A DNA stretch of 64,000 nt from Raja brachyura (lineage: Eukaryota), in NCBI GenBank assembly GCA_963514005.1, contig CAUPSL010000303.1, forward strand, positions 124,001 to 188,000. The letters run 5' to 3'. The position numbers and the translations under genes were made by a program. Under the pieces are notes generated by a model. It did no database searches, was not told the DNA's origin, and saw nothing but the letters and a program-made list of their open reading frames with translations. Positions 1 through 10,911 of this stretch are shown one piece after another (position 1 is the stretch's first letter; each line of letters begins with the position of its first letter).

Positions 1-1
1 G

Positions 2-1195
2 AAATCTAAGACAGCGGCGGCCAAATCAGCGGCTAAGGACAGCAGCCAACGGAGAACCGCCTCTCCAGAGCTACAGGTTCTACCTGCAGCTCCCGACTTT
101 TCGGACTTTGAGACCGTTGGTACGCCACGGTCGGGGAAAACCACCCGGAAGTCGACCGGGGCCGACTCAGCGGAGTCCGGTCCCGAGGGCACCCCGCTCG
201 CTGGCAGCGACGGAGGTCGCCTTGACCGCATTGAGCGGATGATGGAGCAGCTGCTCCAACGTGACCTGCTTAAGCAGGGGCAGGATCACAGTGGGACCCC
301 TAGTAGGCCCACGGCAAGTTCCCTTAGAGGACTGCCTAATGTATCCCCTTCAATACAGGGGAGCATTGAGGGTCAGAACTGGGCTGACCCAGAAGAAGGG
401 GAGTTGGCTGAAGCGCCTGCAGCGTCAGGGGTGTGTGAAGATTACATGGATGTGGTGAGTAAACATGCCATGCCCAACCAGAAGGGCCTACCCATCCACC
501 CCAAGCTGGCTGCCAGCATTGATTATATGGCAACTAACCAACTTCAGGAACAGGCCATCAATGCCACAGCAGACAAATATATGGCACCAGAAAACTGCAA
601 GTCATTAAATGTACCCGCGGTGAACAACCCAATATGGGGAAATATGAGCCCCTCGAGTAGAGGGCAGGAGATTAAACTTCAGAGAATCCTGAAGCTCCCA
701 ACCGCAGGGATTACTGCAGTGGCTAGAACAGCAGTGGGAGTGGATATGCCGGAGGAACTACAAGATGCTTTGGCCTTACTGTGCAACACACAGTATGAAA
801 TCAATAATTTCAGGAAAAGCATAATAAAGCCGGCGCTTAACCCCAAGTTCGCGGGGTTGTGTAAGCCTGGGAAGACGCAGCCTCCAAGCCTGCTATTCGG
901 GGAAGATCTCCCCAAACAGGTTAAAGATCTTGATGAGGAGGCTAAGGCTTTGGGCCTTATTAAAGTACCTGGGTACACAAAGCCTCATCACCCACACAGA
1001 ACGCACCCCTACGCACCCACCGGGCAGAGTTACCTTAACAGGTCTGCCGGTGGTGAAAGCTCGAAGGCCGGCATACCTGCTCAGCGGTCTTTTTTAGGCC
1101 AAGGCCCAGGCCGGCCTTCTTGGAAGATGCGCCACTCCCAGAACACCTACAACCAGCCGAGGAAGCAAGGGCAGAAACCACCACACCGGCAGTAA
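2..1195 (+). CDS. DIRS ORF1 gag-like protein (5' partial; frame open from base 2, first in-window ATG at 239)
   Basis: No stop from position 2 to 1195; DIRS gag-like segments (P.N...L.VP.VN..IW; LFGEDL); overlaps the start of the pol ORF. Confidence 0.85.
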   Translation, partial: KSKTAAAKSAAKDSSQRRTASPELQVLPAAPDFSDFETVGTPRSGKTTRKSTGADSAESGPEGTPLAGSDGGRLDRIERMMEQLLQRDLLKQGQDHSGTPSRPTASSLRGLPNVSPSIQGSIEGQNWADPEEGELAEAPAASGVCEDYMDVVSKHAMPNQKGLPIHPKLAASIDYMATNQLQEQAINATADKYMAPENCKSLNVPAVNNPIWGNMSPSSRGQEIKLQRILKLPTAGITAVARTAVGVDMPEELQDALALLCNTQYEINNFRKSIIKPALNPKFAGLCKPGKTQPPSLLFGEDLPKQVKDLDEEAKALGLIKVPGYTKPHHPHRTHPYAPTGQSYLNRSAGGESSKAGIPAQRSFLGQGPGRPSWKMRHSQNTYNQPRKQGQKPPHRQ

Positions 1196-3132
1196 CCATG
1201 GAGGTAGGTGGGTCTGGGATCCCCAGGAACACTACTGGTCCAAATTCACTTTGCATAGGGGGCAGGTTGCACATGTTCCTCGAGAATTGGCTCACTTTTA
1301 CCCCTGATCCTTATATACTCAGGAGTATTCAGGGCTCCAAAATTGAATTTATTCACGAACTCCCTACCCCGGTACAGCATGCACCTAGTCGGAAATTCGT
1401 CCTTTCTCATAGAGATAAGGCAGCAGGGCATGCTGAACTACAGAGATTGATAGAAAAAGGGGTAATTGAGAAGGCCATTAAAGAACCTCAGGAGTTCGTG
1501 TCTAATATATTCACTAAAAATAAAAAAGATAGTGGTTGCCGCATCATCATAGATTTGACCGACCTGAATACTTCTGTCCAGTATATTCATTTTAAAATGG
1601 ACACCTTCGACACTGCTATACAGCTTATAGCCAATGGGTACTACATGGCATGCGTTGACCTCAAAGATGCATACTATTCAGTACCCATACACAAGGATCA
1701 TAGGAAATACTTAAAATTTATCTGGATGGGACAATTATGGCAATATAAAGCTTTGCCTAATGGGTTATCGTCAGCACCCAGATTATTTACCAAAATATTA
1801 AAACCAGCATTGGCCTATTTAAGGAAACACAATCATACTGTTATGGCCTATCTTGACGACATCCTCATAGTGGGGGAGAATTTGGAAATGGCTACTTTGG
1901 CAGTTACAGCCACGAAACATCTTTTTCAGAAACTGGGATTTACGATACATCCAGATAAATCAATATTGGAACCCTCCACTACTATGAAATATTTGGGGTT
2001 CATTATTGACTCAGTGCAAATGTCTGTCACGTTACCACCAAGCAAGGTGGAAGACCTGATAGAGGCTTGCAGGAGCCTTATTGGCATTAAGGACCCATCC
2101 ATTCGGCAGGTGGCCAGGGTGATTGGGAAAATAGTAGCTGCATTCCCTGCAGCACAATATGGGCCCTTACATTACCAAAATCTACAAAGAGCCAAAATTA
2201 CACCGCTCAAAAATCATGCTGGACATTTTGATAGGCCCATGAAAATTCCAGGGAAAGCAAAAGCAGAATTATATTGGTGGATGGGTAATGCCCAAAATTG
2301 TTCCAAACCCATAATTATCACCAATCCCTCAATCACCTTGCAAACGGATGCCAGTGCCAAAGGGTGGGGAGCTACTAACACTACCTCTAGCTGTGGAGGT
2401 AGATGGAGTGCACCAGAGTTAACCCTATTTAAAAACTTAGGGATTAACTATTCAGAAATGCTGGCAGCATTTCACGGCCTTAAGGCATACTGCACTAATA
2501 TGCACAAAGTTCATGTTAGAATACAGATTGACAACACCACGGTGGTAGCTTATATTAACCACATGGGCGGTATAAAGTCGATATCGTGTGATGAATTGGC
2601 TAACAATATCTGGCACTGGTGTCTGCAAAGAGAAATTTGGATCTCAGCTACTTACCTTCCAGGTAAACTAAACACAGTGGCAGACACCAGGTCACGGAAA
2701 TTCAACGACAACATAGAATGGATGTTGGATCGGAATGTGTTCGCAGATATTGTAGAACGTTATGGGACACCAGATATCGACCTTTTCGCGTCCAGGCTAA
2801 ATCACCAACTACCAACGTATGTTGCTTGGGAGCCAGACCCGGGGGCAGTAGCGATGGATGCTTTCTCGCTACACTGGGGGGATTTATTTTGCTACGCTTT
2901 CCCTCCGTTCTGCCTCATCAGTCGGGTCTTGCAAAAAATCAAGCAAGACTCCGCATCGGGTATCTTGGTAGTGCCCGACTGGCCTACTCAATCATGGTTC
3001 CCTCTGGTACAGAAGATGGCCACAGAACCCTGTATCAGGGTGAATAAAAGACCTAGCCTGCTTGTTCATCCTGTTACAGGAGAATGTCATCCATGTCATG
3101 ACCGCATGGATTTGTTAATTTGCAGATTTTAA
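1120..3132 (+). CDS. DIRS reverse transcriptase / RNase H / DAM-methyltransferase-like polyprotein (likely ATG at 1198)
   Basis: RT motifs VDLKDAYYSVPI, LPNGLSSAP, YLDD, YLG; RNase H TDAS..GWG, E, DN, N..AD; MT-like DLFAS and YAFPPF; uninterrupted 670 codons. Confidence 0.95.
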   Translation: MEDAPLPEHLQPAEEARAETTTPAVTMEVGGSGIPRNTTGPNSLCIGGRLHMFLENWLTFTPDPYILRSIQGSKIEFIHELPTPVQHAPSRKFVLSHRDKAAGHAELQRLIEKGVIEKAIKEPQEFVSNIFTKNKKDSGCRIIIDLTDLNTSVQYIHFKMDTFDTAIQLIANGYYMACVDLKDAYYSVPIHKDHRKYLKFIWMGQLWQYKALPNGLSSAPRLFTKILKPALAYLRKHNHTVMAYLDDILIVGENLEMATLAVTATKHLFQKLGFTIHPDKSILEPSTTMKYLGFIIDSVQMSVTLPPSKVEDLIEACRSLIGIKDPSIRQVARVIGKIVAAFPAAQYGPLHYQNLQRAKITPLKNHAGHFDRPMKIPGKAKAELYWWMGNAQNCSKPIIITNPSITLQTDASAKGWGATNTTSSCGGRWSAPELTLFKNLGINYSEMLAAFHGLKAYCTNMHKVHVRIQIDNTTVVAYINHMGGIKSISCDELANNIWHWCLQREIWISATYLPGKLNTVADTRSRKFNDNIEWMLDRNVFADIVERYGTPDIDLFASRLNHQLPTYVAWEPDPGAVAMDAFSLHWGDLFCYAFPPFCLISRVLQKIKQDSASGILVVPDWPTQSWFPLVQKMATEPCIRVNKRPSLLVHPVTGECHPCHDRMDLLICRF

Positions 3133-4104
3133 AACGGCCACTTCATGGATTCGGACTCTCCAACAGGACCATTGATACCATCACAGCAGCCTGCAGAGAG
3201 TCCACAAGGAAGCAGTACCTGACCTACATCAGGAAATGGGAAGGATTCTGTGTAACTACCAAAACAACATACGAAACCGCCACCATCACTGAAAGTGCTG
3301 GAGTTTCTGGCTACCCTTCATTACGATGAGGGTCTGAGCTATAGCGCCATTAACTGTGCCAGGAGTGCCCTATCGTCTTACTTGGGCAAGGGGAGTGACC
3401 AATTGGGAATTGGGTCACATCCCCTAGTATCCAAATTTATGAGGGGAATATTTAATTCTAATCCTCCCAGGCCCAGATATAGCCATACCTGGGACATCAG
3501 CACGGTATTGACGATGCTGAGAGGATGGACACCGAACACGTGACTCCCTTTGGCCAAACTAACTTACAAAATGGTCATGATAATGGCACTGATCACGGCG
3601 CAACGGGTCCAGTCCCTGCACAAACTCAATCTGGATGCCATGACAATTACCAGTGGGAAAATCACATTCCAGGTGCAGGGACTATTGAAGCAAGATCGAC
3701 CCGGAGTGTCTGGACATACTTTGGAGTTCCTGGCTTACCCAGCGGACACCCGTCTTTGTATCGTTACATTGATTCTACGATACAATTCAGTCACTAAAGA
3801 TCTAAGGGGCACGGAAACAGCTTTGCTTGTCAGTCACAAGAAGCCTCATCACAGGGTCACGGTGCAAACCATTTCCAGATGGTTAAGGGTGGTACTGGAT
3901 GCGGCGGGGGTGGATACTAATGTGTATAAATCTCACTCCACCAGGGCAGCATCCACCTCGGCGGCTAGAAGGATGGAGGTACCACTGGATCACATCCTGG
4001 CCACAGCGGGTTGGAATAATGAAAAAACCTTCCACCGCTTTTACAACAAACCCGTGACCTCCCCTGACAATTATGCAGGGAGGATTTTAAGTGCTGCCAG
4101 ATAA
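3120..4104 (+). pseudogene. DIRS tyrosine recombinase, disrupted
   Basis: Three consecutive fragments (3120-3329, 3295-3543, 3550-4104): frameshift near 3292 and in-frame TGA at 3541-3543; catalytic motifs AQR, LKQ, HSTR, AGW and FY retained. Confidence 0.9.
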
Positions 4105-4295
4105 ATTACCATTATGGGACACAATATTGTGTTTGGTATGAATAAATACCTGTTTTGTTTTTCAGCCAGTGTCTTGTCTGAATCACGTCCATCCTCTTAT
4201 CCCAGCTTTAGCGGTGTGTGAGCATGGAGCTTCCAGGGCATGAAATCACAGAGCTTTGAAATCTTCACGTAGTCACTCACGTGACTCCGAAGTAA

Positions 4296-4600
4296 AATAG
4301 TAAGATTAAACGAGAACTTACCAGTTTGAAGTTTGATCTTTATTTTATTAGGTGTTACGATGAGGGATTACGTGCCCTCCGCTCCCGACCCTCTATTATA
4401 AAGATCACCTGGTATGAAAGTTCTCTTTTTCTCTTACTATGGCAGTCATTGTGACTGTTTGTTCTGTGATTTCACACCACTGCTTTGAAGAGATGTCGCG
4501 CATGCGTGCTGGCGGGGTCTTCACGTAATCCCTCATCGTAACACCTCATAAAATAAAGATCAAACTTCAAACTGGTAAGTTCTCGTTTAATCTTACTATT
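4296..4600. repeat. DIRS internal complementary region and 3' terminal repeat (79-bp inverted repeat, 1 mismatch)
   Basis: 4296-4374 AATAGTAAGATTAAACGAG...GGATTACGTG is the reverse complement of 4522-4600. Confidence 0.93.
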
Positions 4601-4602
4601 AA

Positions 4603-4930
4603 TGTAGTTTATTGTTCTCACCTGTACCGAGGTTCAGTGAAAAGATCTTTAGTGGGATGCTATCCAGTCAGCAGAAAGCCTGTCCATGACTACAATCAAG
4701 CCGTCCACAATGCACAGACACTGGAGAAATGGTCTCATGTGAAATGCAAGATAAAGTGGATTAAAGATAGTCCGAGGATCTCCGGTGGGGAAGATGAGGT
4801 GAGGAAGGCTAATTAGTGATAGGATGGTCCAGTTGCCTGACAACAGCTGGGAAGAAGCTGAGCCTGAATCAGGAGGGGTGCGTTTTCACACTTCTGTACC
4901 TCTTGTCGGATGGGAGAGGAGAGAAGAGGG
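4603..4930 (-). mobile_element. 3' fragment of a Rex1/Babar-like LINE
   Basis: Minus strand at ~4820-4900 reads RYRSVKTH...SFFPAV-like, resembling the C-terminus of Rex/Babar RT ORFs; degenerate. Confidence 0.6.
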
Positions 4931-5112
4931 ATTGGCCGCGCTGCTCCAGGCCAGGTTACTGCTGATGTTCACTGCTCAGTACTTGACGTTTTCAAACTCT
5001 GGCGCTGTCAATGTGCACCGGGGTGTGTGGTCCGCATCGCTTCCTGAAGTCCAGCACTGTCTCCCACACACGTTACAATCTCCCGCTCCGTTCTCCAGCG
5101 CTCTGGGTTCAG

Positions 5113-5417
5113 TTTATGTTAGTTTAGAGGTACAGCGGGGAAACGGGCCCTTCAGCCCATCGAGTCCGCGCCGATCAGCGATCCCCGCACACTAACACTA
5201 TCCTGCACACACTAGGGACAATTTACAATGTTACCAAGCCAATCAACTTGCAAACAGGCACGTCTTTGGAGTGTGGGAGGAAACCGGCGATTCCGTAGAA
5301 AACCCACGTGGTCACTGGGAGAACCTACAAGCTCCATACAGACAGTAGCCGTCGTCAGTATCGAGGCTGGGTCTCCGGCGCTGTGAGGCAGCAACTGTAC
5401 CGCTACGCCACCGTCCG
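5113..5417 (-). mobile_element. tRNA-derived V-SINE (elasmobranch HE1-like)
   Basis: Minus strand: A-box-like GGTGGCGTAGCGG, V-domain-like GGTTTCCTCCCACACTCCAAAGAC, CR1-type tail GGGCTGAAGGGCCCGTTTCC...CTCTAAACTAA. Confidence 0.85.
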
Positions 5418-5649
5418 CGCTCTCCCTGGTCACGGATGTCCCGGCACCTTCCCCATCCCCTCCCACGGCGCGTCCCAAGGGGCCTCCTCCCAATACCCGT
5501 GACCCCACCCTCCCAATACGCGTGCGACTTCACACCTCCCCCCAATACCCGTACCCCTCACCCCCCACCCTCCCATTGACCGTGACCCCCCTCATCTCCC
5601 ATCTCCACCACAAACAGCCACGGACAGACATCTAGAGAACTCACTGAAT

Positions 5650-6168
5650 TTTATTTAACATTTATGTCGGGATAGAGAAGCAGAACACGTCACACCCCAG
5701 CAAATAATCATATTCCCTGATCACCCCCACCCCCCCCACCCCCCACAATCCACGGGTGGATGTGTCGCCTCAACGCCAGGCCCTTCCCACTCCATCCAAC
5801 TTCATCCCAACAGATGTTGATCGGGACTTTTCCCGCTGAACCCAGTCATTGCAGGAACATTACGGGAAGCAGCAGCACCCCCCCCCCCCCCCCAGTGCAG
5901 TCAGTAAATGAGCAGCGGCCAGAGAGGGAAGCGTAAAGTCCAAATCACCAATTCAGCTGTAGATGCGCTCATTGCTCACCCATCACCCCACGATTAAAGT
6001 GCCCGCCCCGCCCCTCCCCCCCCCAAAGCAGAAACCCCGCAAACGTGTCCCGCTCTCCACCGACGCTCCTGTATCGGCGGCGGGACACGGCGGCCCTGGG
6101 GGAGAGAGAGAGTTGGTTACAGAGCGACGCAAGCCCACCCGTGTAGCAATGGTACTGACCCCCGCCCC
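5650..6168 (-). other. Probable non-coding last exon (3'UTR) of the MHC class I-like gene, with polyA signal
   Basis: Acceptor-like TTTTTATTCCCGGCAG ending at 6169; AATAAA on minus strand at 5650-5655; the upstream coding exon has a donor 1 nt after its stop codon. Confidence 0.55.
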
Positions 6169-6767
6169 CTGCCGGGAATAAAAACCCACTCCCCAGCACC
6201 ACAGGACAGTACAGCACAACAACAGGCCATTCGGCCCACACTGGTTGAACCGACCATGCTGCCGAGGCCAAATATCTGTCTTTCCGTCACCCTCACCACC
6301 CACCACCCCCCCCCCTCCGCTCCCCGCATCTCCACGTGTCCATCCACAAGTCTCTTTAATGTCACTGTCGTGTCTGTGACGCCCATCATCCCCTCAATAA
6401 TCAGCAATACAGCCGCCCCCACCCCGGGAATACCCACCCCCTCCCCTTACTGGATACACCACCCCCCCCCCCACACACTCACACACATAAACCGCAGCCC
6501 CCTCCCCTCACGGGATGTAACTCCATCCCTCGAAACGGGGAATTAAACTCAACGCTCCCCCGCCGGGAATAACCCCCCCTCCTCCCCGGTGATAATACCC
6601 CCGCCCACCGGGAATTAAACTCACTGCCCCCCCTCCCTCCTTCCCCAGAATAAACGCCACCCCCATAGGGGAATTAAAACCACCGGCCCCCAACCGCCCA
6701 CCGACTCCCCCCCCCCACCCCCGGGCCGGGAGTGAGTTGTGAGGGGGCGGGGTCCGCGGTTCCTACC

Positions 6768-6814
6768 TCAGGCTGGAGAAGAGGAGATTGATGAGTTTTC
6801 CCCGCGCTCTGTGG
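6768..6814 (-). CDS. MHC class I-like cytoplasmic exon 2 (TTERGENSSISSSPA*)
   Basis: Acceptor CCTTCCCTCCGCAG, phase 1, Ser-rich tail ending in TGA, then G|GTAGGA donor; resembles shark class I tail ends. Confidence 0.85.
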
Positions 6815-6879
6815 CTGCGGAGGGAAGGAGCGGCGTTAAACGTCAACTGGCAACGCCGTGGGTGCAGTGAGGCGCGGCC

Positions 6880-7240
6880 GGACGGATTTGCGCACACTGC
6901 CACATGCACGGACACGCGAGCACGGGGACGCGCACAGAGGTACGGGGACTCGCAAGTAACGTACACTGTGGCGGTAGCGGGGATACGCAAGAGATGGCCA
7001 CAAAGCGGCCACGTCTCACAAATGTACGCAGACACACACGGACGAGCGCAGAGAAACGGACGCGCACAGACCAACACGGATGCAAGGGCACACGGGCACG
7101 CGCAACGACACACGGGCACACGCAGACACTCGCGGACACCCTGCAGACACACACGACACGCGCAGACAGACACAGACGCGCGCAGACGCACATGGGCGCG
7201 TGCAGACACACATGGACGCGCGCAGACACAGACACAGTAA
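6880..7240. repeat. Degenerate CA/CG-rich simple repeat (intronic)
   Basis: Runs of CAC/GCAC/GACAC motifs. Confidence 0.7.
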
Positions 7241-7295
7241 CAATGTGCAAGACATCGTGTAACACGGATGGAGCTGCGATTTGACGGCAACTTAC

Positions 7296-7325
7296 TCAGG
7301 GTGGGATTGTAGCCGCTCTTCCCCG
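7296..7325 (-). CDS. MHC class I-like cytoplasmic exon 1 (AGKSGYNPTL)
   Basis: TCTCTGTGTTTTATAG acceptor, A|GTAAGT donor, 30 nt, phase 1-1; GYNP motif typical of elasmobranch class I tails. Confidence 0.88.
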   Translation of the reverse strand, partial: RGRAATIPP

Positions 7326-8393
7326 CTATAAAACACAGAGACAGTTGGTGACGAGGCCCCGCATCAGCTGGGTCTAAACACACAGATTCAGCAGGGAAAT
7401 GGACGAGATGGGCGGAGGGACGGTGAGAGGTAGTGGGGGATGGGGGGATAAAAACGGGAGGGAGATGGAGGGGTGTCGGAGCAGGGGATGTTGGAGGGGA
7501 GGGGGAGATGGAGGTGCAGGGCAGAGGGAGATCGAGGGGACGGGGAGTCGGGGTCAGTGGAGGGGGATATGGAGTGGGAGGGGAGGGGAGATTGAGGGGG
7601 AAATGGAGGAGGTGGAGTGGGGGAAAGATTCAATATTACTCGGTGTTTCCCCCGGGTCAGGTCACGGGGTGGAGGTGCCTGGATGGTGTTGCAGAAATGC
7701 GGCGGGCGGGTGGTCACTTTGTACCGGGTCAGATCTGCTCTTTGACGGGGAGGATTGACGACTAATCCCCCCCCCCCGGGGGCTTCAAAGTGGCAGAGGA
7801 GCAGGCGGAGGGGGAGAGGAAGCGGGGAGGAGACGGGAGACGGAGGGAACAACGCGACGCCTTATATCAGGAGAGGCGGAAGTCGGTGAAGTTGAGGTTG
7901 GGTGTAGTTTGAGAGACGGCCCAGGGGGTGGGGTGGGGAGGTGGAGGGGGGGGGGGGGGCGCTGGTCGAGGTGGAGGGAGAGGGAAATGGACGGAAGGAA
8001 GGGCGATCAGGGGGAAGGGACGGGGATGTGAAGACGGGTGGGGTGGGAAGGAGATGGAGGGGTGAAGGAGAACGAGAGCAGGGAGGGGCGGGATGAATGT
8101 GGGAGAGGGGGCAGTGGGGGGTAGTGGGAGGGAGGGGGAGAGGGGCGGGAGGGAGAAACACGGGAGGGATTGAGTGAGAGATGGGGATGGAGGGGAGGAG
8201 GGTGGAGTGAGGATGAGGAGCGGGAGTGTAAGTCTGAGGTGAGGCAAGGGAGCGGACGGGGACGGAGGGAAGAACGCGACGTCTTGTATCAGGAGACGCC
8301 GTGGTCGGGGGGGCGGAGGTCGGGGAGGGGGCTGCGGAGAGGACGTATCACCATTGTATCTGGGGGAGCAGCCCTGTCTCCGTCCACTCCTAC

Positions 8394-8501
8394 CTTGTTT
8401 CTTCTTCCAGTAGAGGACTCCCCCCACGGCTGCGGCCACCGCAAGCACCAGGACAACGAGCACCACGGCAAAGATCATCACGGTGCTGCCCGATTTGCGG
8501 A
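8394..8501 (-). CDS. MHC class I-like connecting peptide / transmembrane exon
   Basis: (L)RKSGSTVMIFAVVLVVLVLAVAAAVGGVLYWKKKQ; CAG acceptor, G|GTAGGA donor, 108 nt, phase 1-1; hydrophobic stretch followed by a basic stop-transfer motif. Confidence 0.92.
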
Positions 8502-8746
8502 CTGTCTCAGATTCAGAAACAGAGGCGGATGATGGACAGAGACCGGGGTCCCGGCTTCCCCGCCGCTACCCCCTGCCTTCTTACCTCCACCACCCGCTCT
8601 CACCCGCTCTCACAACCCCCTCCCACCACGCACACTCTCCAGCTCTCTCCTCACCCAATCCACTCCTCTGCCTCCAACCCCTCCCCTTTCCCCTCTACTC
8701 CACTCCAACCTCCCGCTCCGCTCCACCCCTCCCGTGCCCCACTCAC

Positions 8747-9010
8747 GCAGGAAGACCTCGAGGGGCTGGGGCAGCCCCAGGTGCTCCACGCGGCAGGAGA
8801 GCGGGGTGGGGTCCCCGGGCTCCACGTCGGACCAGCGACGCAGCTGGAAGGTGCCGTCGTGGTTGGGCAGCGTCCCGTGGGAGCGGCTATCATCCAGGAC
8901 CAGGCCGTCCCGCACCAGGTTCACCTCGATGGAGCGCGGGTAGAAGCCCGTGGTGAAGCACGACACGCGGCCCCCATCGCCCGACACGAAGATGCTCACC
9001 TCGGGCTGGA
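8747..9010 (-). CDS. MHC class I alpha3 (Ig C1-set) exon
   Basis: VQPEVSIF...SCFTTGFYPRSIEVNLVRDG...LPNHDGTFQ...SCRVEHLGL; both Cys, GFYP, PNxDGTFQ and CxVxH present; CTCCCCACAG acceptor, C|GTGAGT donor, 264 nt, phase 1-1. Confidence 0.95.
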
Positions 9011-10856
9011 CTGTGGGGAGAGAGGCAGTGAGGGGGGATAGTGAGGGGTAGACAGTAAGGGGGAGACAGAGAGGGGAGACAGAGAGGGGAAACAGTGAGG
9101 GGGAGACAGTGAGGGCGAGACGGTGAGCGGGGAGATAAAGGTCAGTGGGGAGGACAGCGAGAGTGGAGCGTGGGGGGAGGCACAGAGGGGGGAGATACAG
9201 GGGGTAGACAGACGGTGGAGAGAGCGACAGACTGGGGGACAGACAGAGGGGAGGGGCGAGACAGACATCTGGTGGGTCACCCCCCACACACAGACCCCGA
9301 CACACAGACTCCGACACACAGACCCCGACACACAGACCCCGACACACAGACCCCCACACACAGACCCGCACACACAGACCCCGCCACACAGACCCCGACA
9401 CACAGACCCCGACACACAGACCCCGACACACAGATCCCGACACACAGACCCTGACACACAGACCCCGACACACAGACCCCGACACACAGACCCCGACACA
9501 CAGACCCCCACACACAGACCCCCACACACAGACCCGCACACACAGACCCCGACACACAGACCCCCACACACAGACCCCCCACACACAGACCCCGACACAC
9601 AGACCCCGACACACAGAGCCACACACACAGACCCCGACACACAGACCCCGACATTCAGACCCCCACACACAGACCCGCACACACAGACCCCGACACACAG
9701 ACCCCCACACACAGACACCCCACACACATACCCCGACACACAGACTCCGACACACAGACCCCGACACACAGACCCCGACACACAGACCCCGACACACAGA
9801 CCCCGACACACAGGCCCCCACACACAAACCCCCCACGCACAGACCCCGACACACAGACCCCGACACACAGACCCCGACACACAGACCCCGACACACAGAC
9901 CCCGACACACAGACCCCGACACACAGACCCCGACACACAGACCCCGACACACAGATCCCGACACACAGACCCTGACACACAGACCCCGACACACAGACCC
10001 CGACACACAGACCCCGACACACAGACCCCCACACACAGACCCCCACACACAGACCCGCCCACACAGACCCCGACACACAGACCCCCACACACAGACCCCC
10101 CACACACAGACCCCGACACACAGACCCCCACACACACAGACCCCGACACACAGACCCCGACACACAGACCCCGACACACAGACCCCGACACACAGATCCC
10201 GACACACAGACCCTGACACACAGACCCCGACACACAGACCCCGACACACAGACCCCGACACACAGACCCCCACACACAGACCCCCACACACAGACCCGCA
10301 CACACAGACCCCGACACACAGACCCCCACACACAGACCCCCCACACACAGACCCCGACACACAGAGCCACACACACAGACCCCGACACACAGACCCCGAC
10401 ATTCAGACCCCCACACACAGACCCGCACACACAGACCCCGACACACAGACCCCCACACACAGACACCCCACACACAGACCCCGACACACAGACTCCGACA
10501 CACAGACCCCGACACACAGACCCCGACACACAGACCCCGACACACAGACCCCGACACACAGGCCCCCACACACAAACCCCCCACGCACAGACCCCGACAC
10601 ACAGACCCCGACACACAGACCCCGACACACAGACCCCGACACACAGACCCCGACACACAGGCCCCCACACACAAACCCCCCACGCACAGACCCCGACACA
10701 CAGACCCGCACACACAGACCCGCACACACAGACCCCCACACACAGACCCCCCACACACAGACCCCGACACACAGAGCCACACACACAGACCCCGACACAC
10801 AGACCCCGACACACAGACCCCGACACACAGACCCCGACACACAGACCCCGACACAC

Positions 10857-10911
10857 CGACCTGGGCTCCAGCCAGGAGGGCGGGCAGCAGCAGCAGCAGC
10901 GGGCACAGCAT
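10857..10911 (-). CDS. MHC class I-like leader exon, cassette 1 (MLCPLLLLLPALLAGAQV)
   Basis: GCGACCATG Kozak context; hydrophobic signal peptide; phase-1 donor G|GTGTGT is in frame with the alpha3 exon. Confidence 0.88.

Larger units (their letters stand above)
1..4600 (+). mobile_element. DIRS1-like tyrosine-recombinase retrotransposon (5' end outside window)
   Basis: Overlapping gag-like, RT-RNaseH-methyltransferase-like and YR ORFs in DIRS order; AATAAA at 4141; 79-bp internal complementary region (4296-4374) matching the 3' terminus (4522-4600). Confidence 0.95.

Noticed and set aside
5340-5417. tRNA gene
   Set aside because: It is the tRNA-derived head of a SINE, continuous with the V-domain and LINE tail.
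8747-9010. Beta-2-microglobulin, class II or W-category identity of the Ig exon
   Set aside because: PNHDGTFQ is alpha3-type rather than the beta2m DWSF/DWTF motif, TM and class I-type tail exons follow, and the TM lacks the class II/W glycine pattern. Phylogeny is still needed.
9655-10911. Each cassette as a single-exon gene for a secreted Cys-rich repeat protein (leader read-through into the repeat)
   Set aside because: The repeat starts at a splice donor in phase with alpha3, read-through lengths vary arbitrarily, 14-nt indels shift the frame, and no polyA signals are seen in the array.
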